Shown piece after piece: positions 17,803 to 25,622 of a stretch of DNA of 27,420 nt. Both the position numbers and the translations under genes were made by a program. Position 1 is the stretch's first letter; the number at the start of each line of letters is the position of its first letter. The stretch comes from a candidate division WOR-3 bacterium. GTDB lineage: Bacteria > Hydrothermota > Hydrothermia > LBFQ01. The notes beneath the pieces are model-generated. The model made no database searches. It saw only the letters and a list, made by a program, of their open reading frames with translations, and was not told where the DNA came from. The stretch is from contig JALUCS010000114.1 of assembly GCA_027050205.1 (NCBI GenBank), forward strand, positions 1 to 27,420. The letters run 5' to 3'.

Positions 17803-18936
17803 CTAACCCCTTATGAGGGACACCTCCGGCGATACCTCACCCCAATAGACCAGCTCGTCCGGTGTGAAGTCAAGGGCAAACATCAACGCCCTCGCCCCCG
17901 GCTCTATCCTACCTACGTTCTCAAGAAGTAGGGAGTCGGCCGCGGCCGAGGTGTGGGCGGCGAAGGCCTCCTCCGGAGTCATACCGTAGCCGAAGACGGC
18001 TAGGAGGACCGTAAGGAAGGGGTTGAGGAAGGGGGCAGTGCCGGGGTTGTGGTCCGAGGAGAGGGCTACCCTCACCCCGTACTCCCGTAGGAGGTCGTAG
18101 GGGGCGAAGCCCTCCCTAAGGAAGAAGCCCGTAATGGGACACAGGACGGCCATGGTGTCGGACTGGGCGAGGAGCCTTACGTTCTCCTCCGTGGTGTGTA
18201 TGAGATGCTCCGCCGAGACGCACCCGTACTCTGCGGCCAGCTTTGAGGCGAAGGGTTTGAACTCGTCGGCGTGCAACCGGCAAGGTACCCCCTTACTCCG
18301 GTAGAAGGACAGGATCATCTCCGTCTCCTCCGGTCCGAAGGCCCCCTCGTCGGCGAAGACGTCCACGAACTTCAAAAGGTGGGCGTACTCGTCGTACCTC
18401 TCAAAGAACTCCCGAAGGTAGTCCTTAACGTTTCCCTCCCTCGGGGGTACGTGGAACAGGAGGGTGGGGACCACGACGACGTCCGTCTTGACCGAGGCCT
18501 CGTGGATGAGCTTAAGGAGCCTTATCTCCTGCTCGTAGGACACGCCGTACCCCGTCTTTATCTCCACGGCCCCGACCCCCCTACGCTTTAGGACCTCTAT
18601 CCTCTTCAAGGTTGAGGATATCAGCTCCTCGTCGGAGGCCCCAACGGTCGCCCTTACGGTCGCCCATATCCCCCCGCCCTCCTTCAGGATGTCAAGGTAG
18701 GAGGCCCCGGAGAGCCTCATCTTCAGCTCAAAGGTCCTATTCCCGGCGTATATGAGGTGGGTGTGCGCATCTACGAAGGCAGGGTACAGCACCTTCCCCT
18801 CCAAGAGGACGTACTCGTCCCCCTTCAGGTCCTCCCCCACCTCTACGACCTTTCCGAACTCCACGGCGACGTCCATCCCCTCGCGGAGGGTGTAGCCGTC
18901 AAAGACGGCCCTCATTCCCTTAAAGACCGTACGCAT
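17803..18936 (-). CDS. hutI: Imidazolonepropionase; start corrected from 19479 to ATG 18936
   Basis: DAHTHL, GASYLDILKEGGGI, EIKTGYG, LHADE, SAEHL, SSDHNPG; TATACT (18948-18943) lies 6 nt before ATG 18936; the longer ORF would overlap the opposite-strand gene. Confidence 0.92.
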   Translation of the reverse strand: MRTVFKGMRAVFDGYTLREGMDVAVEFGKVVEVGEDLKGDEYVLLEGKVLYPAFVDAHTHLIYAGNRTFELKMRLSGASYLDILKEGGGIWATVRATVGASDEELISSTLKRIEVLKRRGVGAVEIKTGYGVSYEQEIRLLKLIHEASVKTDVVVVPTLLFHVPPREGNVKDYLREFFERYDEYAHLLKFVDVFADEGAFGPEETEMILSFYRSKGVPCRLHADEFKPFASKLAAEYGCVSAEHLIHTTEENVRLLAQSDTMAVLCPITGFFLREGFAPYDLLREYGVRVALSSDHNPGTAPFLNPFLTVLLAVFGYGMTPEEAFAAHTSAAADSLLLENVGRIEPGARALMFALDFTPDELVYWGEVSPEVSLIRG

Positions 18937-18942
18937 CCCGTT

Positions 18943-18978
18943 AGTATAACGGTGTAGGCGGGTGTCAAGCCGTATAAT
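18943..18978. promoter_or_regulatory. Divergent -10 boxes for hutI (TATACT, minus) and the GlmL-like gene (TATAAT 18973-18978, plus)
   Basis: 6 and 9 nt from their start codons, within a 51-bp gap. Confidence 0.65.
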
Positions 18979-18987
18979 ACCGTCCCG

Positions 18988-20817
18988 ATGCCGAAGAGGT
19001 ACATAGCAACGGACTGTGGTAGCACTACCACTAAGGCCATAATGGTGGAGAAGAAGAAGGAGGGTTGGAGGCTCGTAGCGAGGGGGGAGGCTCCCACGAC
19101 CGTGGAGAAGCCCTTTGAGGACGTGACCATCGGGGTCAGGAACGCCATAAGGGAGTTGGAGGAGATAACCGGCATAAGACTTCTGGACGAGGAAGGCAAC
19201 ATAATCAAGATGGAGGAGCCAACGGAGAGGGAGGGGACGAACGTATACGTCTCCACGTCCTCGGCCGGTGGTGGGCTTCAGATGTTGGTGGTGGGTGTGG
19301 TGAGGAACATGACGGCGGAGTCGGCCGCCCGCGCCGCCCTCGGGGCCGGGGCCATAGTGATGGAGGTAATTTCCGTAGATGACGGCAGGAAACCTTACGA
19401 GAAGGTTGAACTCATAAGGAAGCTCCGTCCGGATATGATACTGCTCGCCGGAGGCGTTGAGGGGGGGACGGTCAAGCACGTGGTGGAGCTGGCGGAGCTG
19501 ATAGCCGCGGCCGACCCCAAGCCCCGCTTCGGCTCAACCTACAAGATGCCCGTAATATACGCCGGGAACTCCCAGGCCCGTGAGGAAATAAAGCGCATCC
19601 TGGGGGACAAGGTCGCCCTGTACATCGTGGATAACATCCGCCCCACCCTTGACACGGAGAACCTCCACCCCGCCCGTGAGAAGATCCACGACCTCTTCCT
19701 TGAACACGTGATGCAGCAGGCTCCGGGGTACTCCAAACTCATGAAGATGGTGGACGCCCCCATAGTCCCGACACCCGGAGCCGTGGGTATGCTGATAGAG
19801 AGGGTGGCGAGGAAGGAGCAGATTGAGGTCCTCGGCGTGGATATAGGTGGAGCTACGACGGACGTCTTCTCCGTCTTCAGAAACTCCGAGGGCAAGCTCG
19901 TCTTCAACCGCACCGTCTCCGCCAACCTCGGTATGAGCTACTCCATCTCCAACGTGATGGTTGAGGCCGGTATAGAGAACGTCCTGCGGTGGGTACCCTT
20001 CAAGATAAAGGAGTCCGACCTGAAGAACCGCATCCGCAACAAGATGATACGCCCCACGACCATCCCTATGACCATAGAGAGCCTGATAATAGAGCAGGCC
20101 ATAGCCCGTGAAGCCCTTCGCCTCTCCCTTGAGCAGCACAAGATGTTTGCGACGGAGCTGAAGGGCGTCCAGAGGGGTGGGGACATAGCCCGCGCCATCG
20201 GTGGGGAGGAGGAGGAGACCCTCGTCAACATGATGTCCCTTGACCTCATAATCGGCTCCGGTGGTGTCCTCTCCCACGCCCCCCGCCGGGTCCAGTCCGC
20301 CCTGATGATGTTGGACGCCTTCCAGCCGGAGGGGGTGACCAAGTTGGCCGTGGACAGCATCTTCATGATGCCCCACCTCGGCGTCATATCCACCATAGAC
20401 GAGGAGGCGGCGTGGGAGGTGTTTGACAGGGACTGCCTGATACGCCTCGGTACGGCCATCGCCCCCAAGGCGGTGGCCAAGGAGGGTAAGCTCATCCTCC
20501 GGGCCAGGATAGAGTATCCGGACGGCCGCACGGAGCATCTTGACCTCCACTTCGGCAAGATACACCGCATAGACCTACCCCTCGGCGTAAAGGCGAAGGT
20601 GTTCCTTGAGCCTGCGAGGGGCGTGGATGTCGGTGAGGGCAGGGGCAAGAAGATGATGGCCGAGGTTGAGGGTGGGGTCGTGGGGCTGATATTTGACGGG
20701 AGGGGTAGGCCCATCCAGATACCGGAGGACGAGCATAACCGGGTGGAGAAGCTCTTTGAGTGGTTTGAGGCCCTCCAGGTCTATCCCAAGTTGGACAGGC
20801 TGTCCAGGGCGGCTTAG
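18988..20817 (+). CDS. GlmL/MutL-family (glutamate mutase L) ASKHA-type ATPase
   Basis: ATDCGSTTTKA, TSSAGGGL, AARAALGAGA, ILLAGGVEGG, IYAGN, VPTPGAV, GVDIGGATTDVFS, IIGSGGVLSHA. Confidence 0.85.
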   Translation: MPKRYIATDCGSTTTKAIMVEKKKEGWRLVARGEAPTTVEKPFEDVTIGVRNAIRELEEITGIRLLDEEGNIIKMEEPTEREGTNVYVSTSSAGGGLQMLVVGVVRNMTAESAARAALGAGAIVMEVISVDDGRKPYEKVELIRKLRPDMILLAGGVEGGTVKHVVELAELIAAADPKPRFGSTYKMPVIYAGNSQAREEIKRILGDKVALYIVDNIRPTLDTENLHPAREKIHDLFLEHVMQQAPGYSKLMKMVDAPIVPTPGAVGMLIERVARKEQIEVLGVDIGGATTDVFSVFRNSEGKLVFNRTVSANLGMSYSISNVMVEAGIENVLRWVPFKIKESDLKNRIRNKMIRPTTIPMTIESLIIEQAIAREALRLSLEQHKMFATELKGVQRGGDIARAIGGEEEETLVNMMSLDLIIGSGGVLSHAPRRVQSALMMLDAFQPEGVTKLAVDSIFMMPHLGVISTIDEEAAWEVFDRDCLIRLGTAIAPKAVAKEGKLILRARIEYPDGRTEHLDLHFGKIHRIDLPLGVKAKVFLEPARGVDVGEGRGKKMMAEVEGGVVGLIFDGRGRPIQIPEDEHNRVEKLFEWFEALQVYPKLDRLSRAA

Positions 20818-20819
20818 TT

Positions 20820-20850
20820 TTTGAACGATCGTTCAAATCCGCCGTATAAT
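20820..20850 (+). promoter_or_regulatory. Promoter TTGAAC-18-TATAAT with a perfect 18-bp palindrome over the -35 box
   Basis: TTTGAACGATCGTTCAAA 20820-20837; TATAAT 20845-20850; ATG 20858. Confidence 0.8.
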
Positions 20851-20857
20851 ACCTGCT

Positions 20858-23143
20858 ATGATAGTACCGTGGTTGTTGCAGGCTGCCGGGTACGGCACGG
20901 TGGAGGGGTACGTCTACGGCGAGGGTGGGGAACCCCTGCCGGGTGCCGTGGTGATGGCCATAACCCTGCCCGACAGCGAGAAGGCCGGCGGCACTTACGC
21001 GGACGATAGGGGGTACTTCACCCTGGACCTGAAGCCCGGAAGGTACCTCCTGCGTTTCTCTTATGTGGGCTACAGGAAGAAGGCCCTGCCCATTACCGTC
21101 TCCCCCGGTGAGACCCTCAACGTTGGAAAGGTGAGGCTACCGCAGAAGGCCATAGAGGTGGGGGCGGTGAAGGTGGAGGCGGAGGCTCCGAAGGTGACCT
21201 ACGAGGGGGAGAAGAAGGTCATACGATTCGGGGACGAGCTGACGGCGAAGGGTGGGTCCACCCTTGAGGCCCTGAAGAACGTCCCCGGCATAACCGTGGA
21301 CAACAACGACAACGTCAAGATAAGGAACACCTCCAACATAACCCTCCTGATAAACGGCAAACCCACCGTAATGCAGGTCTCCGAGGCCCTGCGGCAGATA
21401 CCGGCCTCCTCCGTTGAGAGGATAGAGATAATCACCAACCCCGGAGCGAAGTACGAGGCGGAGGGACGGGTGATAATGAACATCGTCCTGAAGAAGCACC
21501 ACGATGAGGGGGTGGCCGCCTCCCTGATGGGACGCCTTGGGACCTTCAACAACTACGGCCTAAGTGCCTCTCTGGGTCTGAATAGCCGTAGGCTAAAGTT
21601 CGTCCTCGGCGGGAACTACTTCCTCTTCTCCCGTTATATGGAGTCCAAGGCCCGGACGGAGACCCCCGACTTCTCCTACGAGGCCGATGGCGAACGCCAC
21701 TACTCCATGAAACCCTACGGCGTAAGGTCCAGCCTTGAGTATCACATCGGCGATAACGACGTCCTGACCCTTGAGGGGAGCTTCGGCCTGTGGAACTTCT
21801 CAATGGGATGGAGGGGAGATTACGGCTCCGGCAAGACGGCGGAGACCGACGTGAGCATAGGCGGTAATAGGGGCAGCGGGTACATCGCCTATACGAAGGA
21901 CTTCCTCCAGAGACACCGGATAGACCTTAGTCTGTACTACGGAATGCGGGGAGGAAGGGAGAGTACCATAAACTACGTAAGAGACGCCTCCGGGAACGTA
22001 CTCTCCGGTTTCAAACGCACCTCTTCCGGGCCGGGGGACAGGTGGAGGGCCAAACTTGACTACACCTACCAGCACAGTAAGGACAGGAAGCTGGAGGCCG
22101 GCTATCAGGGGGACCTGTGGGTATCCGCGGACACGACGGAGTACTACACCTACTCCTCCGGCTCCTTCACCCTCGCCTCTCCAACCCTCGCCTCCCGGTA
22201 CCGCCGCACCACCAACGCCGCCTACGTATCCTACTCCGACCGCCTCGGCAGGGTATCCTACTCCGCCGGATTGAGGGTTGAGGCCACGGACAGGAGGATA
22301 GAGGTGGGAGACAGCACCTACACCTTCCGCTCCACCGACCCCTTCCCCTCCCTCCACCTCTCCTACAGGATGGACGTCGCCAACCAGTTCAGCGTCAGCT
22401 ACTCCCGCCGGATATGGCACCCCCGCCACTGGCAACTGAACCCCTTTATGAGGGTAATAGACGAGTTCACCCTCCAGAGGGGGAACCCCGCCCTGAAGCC
22501 GGAGTACACCCACTCCTTTGAGGCGAGCTATCAGAGAATATTCGGACGGAAGGGATACGCCGGCCTTGAGGCCTTCTACAGGCGGACGGACAACAACATA
22601 GACTACCTGCCGGCCTACGAGGGTACGAAGGTGGTATATACCTGGAGGAACGCGGGCTTCACCACCTCCTCCGGTATTGAGCTTTACGCCACCTACTACC
22701 CCTGGAGGCTCCTCACCCTCAACTTCAGCCTTGACGTATACGACCACAGAGTTTATCTGGACAGCATCACCCGGAGCCTCACCTACGACGCCAAGGGGAG
22801 CCTCACCCTCGGAAGGGGACCCATAGGGCTTCAGCTTAGCGGGCGGTACTCCGGCCCCCGCTACGTACCCGGAGGGGTGCAGAGGGCCTCCTACTCCCTT
22901 GACCTCGGCCTCAGGGTACCCCTAAGCCGGAACCTGTTCCTCGTTGGGCAGTTCAACGACTTCCTCCGCCTCAACCGCAGGGAGACGGAGATAACCTCCG
23001 AGGACTTCAGGCAGGTCAGCACCTACCGAACCAAGTGGCCCTCCCTCTCCGTAATGGTGATGTACGACTACAACAACTTCCGCCGCTTCAGGAAGGAGAT
23101 GAAGAGGGAGGAGACTCCACAGGAGGAGGTACCGCAGTTCTAA
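20858..23143 (+). CDS. TonB-dependent receptor (N-terminal carboxypeptidase-regulatory-like domain, plug, beta-barrel)
   Basis: GEPLPGAVV..FSYVGY, EALKNVPGITVD, LINGKP, VERIEIITNPGAKYEAEG..MNIVLKK, GNPALKPE. Confidence 0.9.
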   Translation: MIVPWLLQAAGYGTVEGYVYGEGGEPLPGAVVMAITLPDSEKAGGTYADDRGYFTLDLKPGRYLLRFSYVGYRKKALPITVSPGETLNVGKVRLPQKAIEVGAVKVEAEAPKVTYEGEKKVIRFGDELTAKGGSTLEALKNVPGITVDNNDNVKIRNTSNITLLINGKPTVMQVSEALRQIPASSVERIEIITNPGAKYEAEGRVIMNIVLKKHHDEGVAASLMGRLGTFNNYGLSASLGLNSRRLKFVLGGNYFLFSRYMESKARTETPDFSYEADGERHYSMKPYGVRSSLEYHIGDNDVLTLEGSFGLWNFSMGWRGDYGSGKTAETDVSIGGNRGSGYIAYTKDFLQRHRIDLSLYYGMRGGRESTINYVRDASGNVLSGFKRTSSGPGDRWRAKLDYTYQHSKDRKLEAGYQGDLWVSADTTEYYTYSSGSFTLASPTLASRYRRTTNAAYVSYSDRLGRVSYSAGLRVEATDRRIEVGDSTYTFRSTDPFPSLHLSYRMDVANQFSVSYSRRIWHPRHWQLNPFMRVIDEFTLQRGNPALKPEYTHSFEASYQRIFGRKGYAGLEAFYRRTDNNIDYLPAYEGTKVVYTWRNAGFTTSSGIELYATYYPWRLLTLNFSLDVYDHRVYLDSITRSLTYDAKGSLTLGRGPIGLQLSGRYSGPRYVPGGVQRASYSLDLGLRVPLSRNLFLVGQFNDFLRLNRRETEITSEDFRQVSTYRTKWPSLSVMVMYDYNNFRRFRKEMKREETPQEEVPQF

Positions 23144-24105
23144 CGGGCGGCGGCCTTGCGGAGACGGTTCATTATCGCCCTGCCAAGGCCGACTTCGGGG
23201 ACGGGCAGGACGAAGACGACCTCGTATCCCATCCGGTCTATCTCGTAGAGGGTGGAGAACAGGTTGGCGGCCACCTCCCTAAGGTCCCCCCTCTCGGACA
23301 GGAACCTCACCTCCCCATCAAGGCCGTATAGGGGACGGGGAAGGAGGAGGAGGCTTCTGCCGTACCTCGCCCTTAGGCGGTAGTAGTCCGACCAGTCCCT
23401 CAAGATGATTAAGGGGGTGCGGGGGGAGTAGTGCCTCTTGAGGGTACCCGGAGCCATCACCCCATCCCCCTCGTAGGGCTTAACCTTTTTCCCCAGAACC
23501 TCCTCTATCTCCTCAACCGGGAGGCCACCGGGGCGGAGGAGGAAGACCTCACCCCCTACGGGCATAACGATGGTGGATTCCACCCCTATGGGCGTCCGTC
23601 CGGCGTCAAGGATGACGTCCACTCTATCCCCAAGGGTCTCCGCCACCTGGCGGGCCGTCGTTGGGCTGACGTATCCGAAGGGATTGGCGCTGGGGGCTGC
23701 TATGGGGGTACCGGCGTACCCTATGAGTTTGAGGGCGACGGGGTGGGAAGGCATACGGATGGCCACGGTGGGGAGGCCGGCCGTCGTTATTGGTGGCACT
23801 ATGTCCCTTTTGGGTAGGACGAGGGTTAAGGGTCCCGGCCAGAACCTCTCCATCAGTATCCGGGCCTCCTCCGGTACCTCCTCCGCCAACCTGCGGACGT
23901 CCCCTAAACTCGCTATATGGACGATCAGGGGGTCAAACTTCGGCCTCCCCTTCACCTCAAATATGCGGGCGACCGCTTCGGCATTGAGGGCATCCGCCCC
24001 AAGGCCATACACCGTCTCCGTAGGGAAGGCCACCAACCCCCCACGCCTTATGACCTCCGCCGCCTTCCTTACGTTCTCCTCCGTAGCCGGTAGAAGGTTC
24101 CTCAT
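23140..24105 (-). CDS. sua5: L-threonylcarbamoyladenylate synthase, Sua5 type (TsaC2)
   Basis: VAFPTETVYGLG, KGRP..PLIVH, FWPGPLT, AAPSAN, GVESTI, APGTLKRHYSP, AIMNRLRKAA. Confidence 0.96.
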   Translation of the reverse strand: MRNLLPATEENVRKAAEVIRRGGLVAFPTETVYGLGADALNAEAVARIFEVKGRPKFDPLIVHIASLGDVRRLAEEVPEEARILMERFWPGPLTLVLPKRDIVPPITTAGLPTVAIRMPSHPVALKLIGYAGTPIAAPSANPFGYVSPTTARQVAETLGDRVDVILDAGRTPIGVESTIVMPVGGEVFLLRPGGLPVEEIEEVLGKKVKPYEGDGVMAPGTLKRHYSPRTPLIILRDWSDYYRLRARYGRSLLLLPRPLYGLDGEVRFLSERGDLREVAANLFSTLYEIDRMGYEVVFVLPVPEVGLGRAIMNRLRKAAAR

Positions 24106-24659
24106 TTGAAGCGGGCGTACTCCTCCCCTACCCCCAACTTACGGTTGCTCCAGCGGGCCAGGACGAAGAGGAGGTCGGAGAGGCGGTTCAGGTAAATCTG
24201 AACCTGCGGGTTTATGTCCTCCGACTCCATAGCCCTGACGACCGACCTCTCCGCCCTCCTGCAAACCGTGCGGGCAACGTGGAACAGGGAGGAGATGCGG
24301 TGGCCGGCCGGCAGAATGAACTCCTCAAGGGGCGGAAGGTCGGAGTTGAAGCGGTCTATCTCCTCCTCAAGCCACCTAACCCTATCCTCCCCCATCCTAC
24401 GGATCTCAAAGGGGGCATCCGGGGGGGTGGCTAGGTCCCCACCGAGGAGGAAGAGGTCGTTCTGTATATCCTTGAGGAGACCGTCCAACCCCTTCAGGGT
24501 TTCGGGTAGTTCCGCCCTTATCAGGCCGATGTAGGAGTTCAGCTCGTCTACGTCCCCGTAAGCCTCCACCCTTGGATGAGCCTTCTTAACCGTCTCCCCG
24601 TTGGCGAGGTAGGTCTTTCCGCCGTCTCCGAACTTGGTATAGACCTTCGTTATCCTCAC
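24102..24659 (-). CDS. pduO: PduO-type ATP:corrinoid adenosyltransferase
   Basis: KVYTKFGDGGKT, AYGDVDELNS, FILPAG, RTVCRRAER, YLNRLSDLLFVLAR; TAGAAT lies 6 nt before GTG. Confidence 0.94.
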   Translation of the reverse strand: MRITKVYTKFGDGGKTYLANGETVKKAHPRVEAYGDVDELNSYIGLIRAELPETLKGLDGLLKDIQNDLFLLGGDLATPPDAPFEIRRMGEDRVRWLEEEIDRFNSDLPPLEEFILPAGHRISSLFHVARTVCRRAERSVVRAMESEDINPQVQIYLNRLSDLLFVLARWSNRKLGVGEEYARFK

Positions 24660-24680
24660 GGATGGATTCTAAGGACGTCC

Positions 24681-25553
24681 TCACCGTCGGATGAGGGACA
24701 CCACCCAGTCCTTCGCCTTCTCCCAGAGGCTCCTATGCTCCCTCCTGTACCTCTCTATCGCCCTAACGGCCTGCTCGTACCCCGCCTCTATCAGCTCCCT
24801 CGTCCTTGAGAAGTCAAATATGGAGACGTTGAAGGGCGGGTCAAGGGGGATGTAGAAGGTCTCAAGCTTGTGGCTTTTGGCGAACCTCTCCTGCTCCCGT
24901 ATCTTTGCCTCAAGGAGGACACCGATGGACTTTGAGAGGATGGCATACATTCCGTACACCTCGTCGTCTAAGGACCTTCCCCCACGGATGTGGAGGGCGA
25001 CGGCCCGTTTCGCCCCCCTCTCAACGGCTATGCTGTAGGGGATGTTGCTGTAGAAACCTCCATCTATGAGGAGCATTCCCTTGTACTCCCAAGGCGGGAA
25101 GTAGGGAGGGAGGGCGGTTGATGCCATTATGGCGTCCACCACCGGGTCAAGGGGGTCGTCCCCGAAGACGTATACCTTGCCACTCTTGAGGTCAAGGGCC
25201 GGTATGTAGGCCGGGAGCTTCAACTCCCCGAACTTCTTAACCGGAGAGACCTTAACCACGAGCTTATGGAAAGCCTCGTTGGAGAAAAGGCTCTTCCTGT
25301 TCCTTAAAAGGCGAAAGAGGGCCTTGAGCCTCCCCTCCGGCACTACATCCTCCTTCCGCATCCTCAACCAGATCTCCTCCAGCTCCCTTACGCCCTCAAG
25401 GGTGGGTTTGTGGGCGAAGTATATCCCGTTCATGGAGCCGATGGAAACCCCCACGACCATATCAAATGTGAACCCCCGCTCTAAGAGGGCCTTGAGGGCG
25501 CCCACCTGCATACTCCCCCTCGTGGAGCCACCGCTCAATATGAGGGCGCGCAT
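24681..25553 (-). CDS. Patatin-like phospholipase; start corrected to ATG 25553
   Basis: LSGGSTRG, GVSIG nucleophile elbow, DGG; TAAAAT (25567-25562) lies 8 nt before ATG 25553. Confidence 0.92.
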   Translation of the reverse strand: MRALILSGGSTRGSMQVGALKALLERGFTFDMVVGVSIGSMNGIYFAHKPTLEGVRELEEIWLRMRKEDVVPEGRLKALFRLLRNRKSLFSNEAFHKLVVKVSPVKKFGELKLPAYIPALDLKSGKVYVFGDDPLDPVVDAIMASTALPPYFPPWEYKGMLLIDGGFYSNIPYSIAVERGAKRAVALHIRGGRSLDDEVYGMYAILSKSIGVLLEAKIREQERFAKSHKLETFYIPLDPPFNVSIFDFSRTRELIEAGYEQAVRAIERYRREHRSLWEKAKDWVVSLIRR

Positions 25554-25622
25554 CGTACGGAATTTTAAAGAAGTAAGGCCACCGGCATAGCCCAAAGGTC
25601 GCCTCTATAATTTGTGGCGATT

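Noticed and set aside
18963..18968. Perfect TTGACA on the minus strand upstream of hutI
   Set aside because: Only 14 nt from the TATACT box, too short for a sigma70 -35/-10 pair
18937..19479. 181-codon N-terminal extension of hutI in the ORF track
   Set aside because: Antisense to the well-supported GlmL-like gene; HutI similarity and a -10 box both point to ATG 18936
20818..20857. Cobalamin riboswitch or BtuB assignment for the TonB receptor, suggested by nearby GlmL-like and pduO genes
   Set aside because: The intergenic gap is 40 bp and the gene appears leaderless, leaving no room for a riboswitch; substrate unknown
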